A stretch of DNA of 64,000 bases from Eledone cirrhosa (lineage: Eukaryota), in the NCBI GenBank assembly GCA_964016885.1, contig OZ024741.1, positions 401,264,001-401,328,000 of the forward strand, in the 5' to 3' direction. Positions 58,526 through 64,000 of this stretch are shown here, one piece after another; position 1 is the first letter of the stretch, and every line of letters begins with the position of its first letter. Made by a program: the position numbers and the translations under genes. The notes under the pieces are model-generated. The model did not search any database. It was not told the origin of the DNA and saw nothing but the letters and a program-made list of their open reading frames with translations.

Positions 58526-60690
58526 ATGCGAAAACACAATATCGACTTCTCTACCAAGAACATCCCAATCCCACCGAAAAAACTTTACCTTCGGATGCTC
58601 ACGCAAAAAAATCGATCTATTTGCGAAAAGACTTAGATGGAGAACTTTTTTCTACGTCAGATGCTGCGACAATCAGGACTTCGGTACCAAGGAGAGATTC
58701 GGATTTATTACCTACAAATCTCCCCCCCCCCCCGAACCCTTTGCTCTCACCCTTCGAGAATGACCTTTTCCAACTGGTCAAGAACCTTAAATTCAAACCC
58801 AGACACAACCGATTCCTACAAAAACTCCGTAGCAACTTAACAGAGTATGATAATACCAATGACATCATGGTGCATTCGGATAAAACTGGGAACCTATACT
58901 TTGTCAAGCCCGACAGATACCACACACTGATCAGGAGCAGCCTAAACTCCACCTATAAAAAGGCTAACCACTCATGCATCGAGGACATTAATCGAGATGG
59001 ACAACAAATTACCTCCAGCCTCGGGGTCGCGTACCGCACCGAACCCCTAGACCCACGGACACCCTACTTCACACTGAAGGACCACAAATCCGATTTCGAC
59101 CGTAAACCATCTATCAGGCTTATAAACCCAACTAAGTCCGACATAGGGAGAATCAGCAAAAAAATCCTAGACCGCGTGATACCAAAAGTCAAGCAACACG
59201 CCCGACTTAGCCTATGGATCAACACCCAGGAAGTTATCTCATGGTTCAGCAATTTGGAGGATAAACGAGACACTAAATTTATCCAGTTCTACATAGAGAG
59301 CTACTATGCTTCAATCACCTTACCGCTACTTACTGCCGCCTTGGACTTCGCCGAAGCACTTGTGCCCATCACCGACCAGGAAAGAAAAATCATCCTCCAC
59401 GCCAGGAAGACAGTCTTACTCTTTGACAACTCCAAATGGATAAAAAGAGCTCCTGACTCACCCTTCGACGTCAGCATGGGCGCTACGGATTCGGCGGAGG
59501 TCACAGATCTTATAGGATTATTCCTTATAGCCAAACTCACCGATATGTTTCCTGCTTTCGGTGGTGGATTGTACCGTGATGATGGGCTCCTTACCCTTAA
59601 AGGGTACAACCCCAGTAGTACAGATCGGGTCCGCAAACAATTAATCAGCTTCTTCCGCGACTGGGGATTTAAAATAACCCTACAAACGTCCCTGACCCGA
59701 GTTAATTTCCTGGACGTTACCCTCGATCTCAATAATAACCTGTACTACCCATACAGGAAACCCAATGACAACCTGCACTACATCCACCGCCGATCTAACC
59801 ATCCTAGGAACATCACCAACAACCTGGTCAAAAACATCTCCCTCCGTATATCCCGTTTGTCAGCTAATGAGAAGATATTCGATGAACATGCGCCTTACTA
59901 CAACCAGGCCCTTAAGCGGAGTGGTTTCCGGGAGGAAATATCCTACTGTCCAGCTCCCATTAGCGGAACCAGCAGGCGACACCGCCGCTTACGCAATGTA
60001 ATATGGTTCAATCCTCCCCATAACGCCGAGGTGACAACTCCCATCGGGAAAATTTTCTTTAGGCTCATTGAAAAACACTTCCCACCACAACACCGCTACC
60101 ACAACATAATTAACAAAAATACCATCAAACTCTCTTACAGCACTACACCTAACTTCGCACAAAACATCGTCTCCTCCAACAACAAAAAACTCAACCCCGA
60201 TGGAAGAAACAACCTAAATAGCAGTGGAGAGCCGACCAGGAGGTGTAACTGTCCTGATAGATCCAGTTGCCCCCTCGACAACAGATGCAGAGACCATAAT
60301 GTGATCTACCAGTGCAACGTGAGCACGGACACCTCCAAAAAAGCTTATATAGGATTAACCGCATGCGACTTCAAGACCCGGCTATACCAACACAGACATA
60401 CCTTCCGAAACCCGGCCCGGCGTCACGCCACTACACTTTCGGGCCACATATGGGACCTCAAGGACAACAACATCAACTATGATCTCACTTGGAAATTACT
60501 GTCCAGAGCCAACTCCTACACGGGAGGACGCCGTCCGTGCAATTTATGCTCGGAGGAAACATTACAAATGTTGTTTTCGACGGACCAACTCCTAAACAAG
60601 AAAGATGAACTGGTTACTGCATGTAAACACCGATTACGTAGGACTTACCTCGCCCTCAAACCCCATAATGACCCGGGGGGGGGGGGGTAG
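58526..60690 (+). mobile_element. Full-length Penelope-like ORF (third lineage, probably Nematis-like), RT + GIY-YIG
   Basis: True start [16 protein letters not shown] at 58526 with two homopolymer frameshifts; KDHK, FDVSMG, GLYRDDGL, WFNPP, CNC..CPL..C, VIYQC..YIGLT. The clade name is recalled, not computed. Confidence 0.88.
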
Positions 60691-61256
60691 ACTAGGGCTA
60701 TAACACCCCACTTGCCTATTTTGTAATGGGTAACCCCTGCTTGCCAATGGAGACGTAAGACTTTCCTTTACATTCTTTTATCGCTTCCTCTATATTTCCG
60801 CCTTCCCCCCATCCCTCCCTAGTCATTCTACCCCAGTTCCCTTTCTTTGTCGTCGTCTTTTTCTCGCCCACCCGAGGTAGCCCATCGGTCCCTTGTAGCT
60901 TCAGCACCCCCACCCCCTCCCCTATTCTATGATAGATTTGGCTGACCCCTCTTTTTATAGCAGAGGTGTTAGACTTCGGATACTCGCCCCCTTCTCCGAC
61001 CGCTGTCCCTTTTTTCCATGCCTTCTATATTTCTTAGTGGCATCTTTGCTTTAATTTCTCGTTTATCCAGTATTTCTTTCTACTTTTTCCCTTTTTTTGG
61101 GGGGGGGGGGTTTCCTGTATTAATTTTTACTTCGTAGGATCTTTCATGTAGCTTGTATAATACTTTTTGTTTCGTGGCGGTACCCTTAGAGTTAGCACTA
61201 GTATTTTTTTGCGGGACCCTGAATTATATTCCCGTACTAGTTTACTTTCTTGCATG

Positions 61257-61327
61257 TATTTTATTATGCGCATTTCAAAAACAAATATCATCTTGCAATA
61301 ATATTTGTGTTTTCATCAGATAAAATA
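61257..61327 (-). ncRNA. Minimal type I hammerhead ribozyme motif
   Basis: UAUUUUAU-CUGAUGA-...CAAAUAUUAU/AUGAUAUUUG...-GAAA-UGCGCA-UA-AUAAAAUA; the 3' half is repeated inverted at 62030-62053. Confidence 0.8.
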
Positions 61328-62172
61328 GGAAGACATGATATGAAGGTTAAAAAACACTTGTGAATAGTGCAGTTTTAAATCAACTTATGAAAAGTAGTTT
61401 TAGATTGATGTGTGATATTGGTAAAAAAAAATGTTGAGGGGGGTGGGGGGGTGGAAAGGATGAAAAAGAGGAGGAGATGAGAGTAAAAAATGGAGGGGGA
61501 GGAGTATAATGAGGAAGGATGAGATAGGAGGAGAGATGGCTTTTATAACTGAGAAAAATATATTGTTTTACATAGAGAGGTTGAAAAACCGTTGGAAGAT
61601 AATGTATAAATTAAAAGAATTTGAAAATTAATGAAGAGAAAAATAATGTAAAGTTAAGGTTTGTATATTGAAGGGTTTAATAATATGTGCGATGAAAAGA
61701 AAATGTTAATATGTATTAAGAATAATATTTAAGGGTTTAATAATATGTGCGATGGAAAGAAAATGTTGATATGTATTATTAAAAAAACAAAAGTAATGTA
61801 AGTAAGGATATATTGTGAGATGAGCATGAATAAGTTAGATGAAAGGGAGAAAAAAATAATGAATTGAGGATGAATAATCTAACGTCACAAAGATGTGTTT
61901 ATGTTTACGAAGGATTTTTTCAAGGTGATATAAAGTAAGAATATATTGTATTGTGTAATAATTGTTTCTATGTTAGGCACAGTGAGAAAAGGTACAGATT
62001 AGGGGTTAGAAATTAAAAGAAAAAGAAAAGAAATGCGCATAATAAAATACATGGAACTCTTTTAACCATCTTTTGATCTTATATATTATGTATACTCCAG
62101 TCCTACAAACTGTAGAGTGCTTCTTATCCGATATCTGCATTGCTTTATTGTACTACAATAAAACTTACCTCC

Positions 62173-62306
<134 letters not shown>

Positions 62307-62363
62307 ATATATATATATACATATATATATATACATTCTTTAGAAATCATCAGTGATTCCTGA

Positions 62364-62405
62364 TGATTTCTAAAGAGTGAAACAGTTCTAGTTCTGTACA
62401 ATCTC
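62364..62405 (+). ncRNA. Degenerate hammerhead-like motif within a hairpin
   Basis: GAUUC-CUGAUGA-UUUCUaaAGAGU-GAAA-CAG..CUG-UA-CAAUC, with a mismatch at the base of stem I. Confidence 0.45.
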
Positions 62406-62505
62406 ATCTATATTAAAACTTTTATACTCTGCAATGTATTGAGTACCTTACTTACTCCGACTAAAACTGGAATAACGTATATATATATATATATATATAC
62501 ATATA

Positions 62506-62677
<172 letters not shown>

Positions 62678-62678
62678 C

Positions 62679-62759
<81 letters not shown>

Positions 62760-62768
62760 TATATATAT

Positions 62769-62842
<74 letters not shown>

Positions 62843-62846
<4 letters not shown>

Positions 62847-64000
62847 TCATCATCATCATTTTACGTCCGCTTTTCCCTGCTTGCAAGGGTGGGACGGGTC
62901 TTATTCAGCACAGCATCTCTCCACTCGTCACGGTCCCTCGTCATCTCCACCGTGAGCTTCAATGATCTGAGGTCTGTTCTCACCACCTCCGCCCATGTTT
63001 TTCGTGGTCTACCTGTACTACGTCTTCCTTCAACTGGCAATTCCTGGCACTTCTTCACCCATCGGTCATCCTCCATGCGCATCACATGTCCATACCACCT
63101 CAGTCTCCTCTCCCGTACACTACATTCTATCCCTCTCAGACACAGTTTCTCTCTCAACACATTTATGCTGGGTCGTTCACGCACATTTACACTGCACATC
63201 CAACGGAGCATGCTTGCCTCATTTCTCTCCAGCCGTCGCATATCCTCTGCAGTTGCTGCCCATGTCTCACTACCATGCAGCATCGCGCTCCTCACACAGA
63301 CATCATACAACCGGCCTTTCGTACGCAGGGAGAAACCCTTCTTCGTCAACAGAGGAAGCAGCTCCCTAAACTTCTTCCAACCCGTCCTTATTCTAGATAC
63401 TATGGCCTCGGAACACCCTCCTCCCATGCTAATCTGATCTCCTAGGTACCGGAAGCTATCCACCACTTCTATAGCGCCCTCTTGCATTTGAAAAATGTGT
63501 CTATCAGTGCGACTTCTACTGTCTAATTTCCCTGTACATCTACTGCATACATATTTCTCCCTACCTGTTAGTTTGCCTGCTATCCCGCTACATCTCTTGT
63601 GTACTCAGGATATGCATTGTGTGCATTTTATAGAATTTATGCCAGTTCCTTTTCTGCATATCGAACATGGCCATTTCCCTCACGGAATCAGGGTTTTGTC
63701 CTCTTTTCTACTCATCAACACTTTTGTCTTAGCTAGATTCACTCTCAGTCCTCTTGCTTCCAACTGCTGTTTCCATAGCCAGAATTTATTCTCTAGCTCC
63801 TCTACTGATTCTGCTATAAGAACGAGATCGTCAGCATAGAGAAGTTCCCATGGACAGCCAGTCTTAAACTCCTCTGTTATGGCTTGGAGGACTATAATGA
63901 ACAAGATCGGACTGAAGACCAAACCCTGATGTGCTCCTACTTGTATCTGGAATTCCTCACAAAACTCCATTCCTACCCTGACTTTACTGAGAGTACCTCT
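62843..64000 (-). mobile_element. RTE-type LINE (sister family of 10811-12268), continues past the window end
   Basis: HQG, PWELLYADD, HGSETW and RLRWYGHV; (GAT)n tail in a TA tract; frameshifted. Confidence 0.9.

Overview
AT-rich animal genomic DNA. The SINE, LINE and microsatellite content is reminiscent of octopus or another coleoid cephalopod (inference only). It holds the 5' part of one spliced host gene on the + strand: a TATA/Inr promoter near 732-767, six phase-compatible exons (844-31590) and a probable frameshifted seventh (33335-33462). Together these encode a secreted protein with signal peptide, EMI-like, EGF, TB/follistatin-N-like and VWD domains (SCO-spondin/otogelin/mucin-like architecture). 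Almost everything else is repeat: exon-adjacent minisatellites, including an AG-free 50-bp array that ends at the exon 3 acceptor; long TA microsatellites; RTE-type and CR1-group LINEs; a Merlin remnant; MITEs; tRNA-SINEs; and at least three distinct Penelope-like element (PLE) lineages. Three signals stand out. First, about nine minimal type I hammerhead ribozyme motifs from unrelated families sit in fold-back mini-elements inside TA tracts. Second, a near full-length LINE has a Myb-like/polyQ/polyT/2xCCCH ORF1 and an AUG-less ORF2 joined by an in-frame A_AAA_AAC -1 slippery site. Third, a LINE-plus-satellite unit is duplicated with a 3907-bp period. Most long ORFs in the supplied track are microsatellite artefacts. 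All calls were read by eye; no database searches or folding programs were run.
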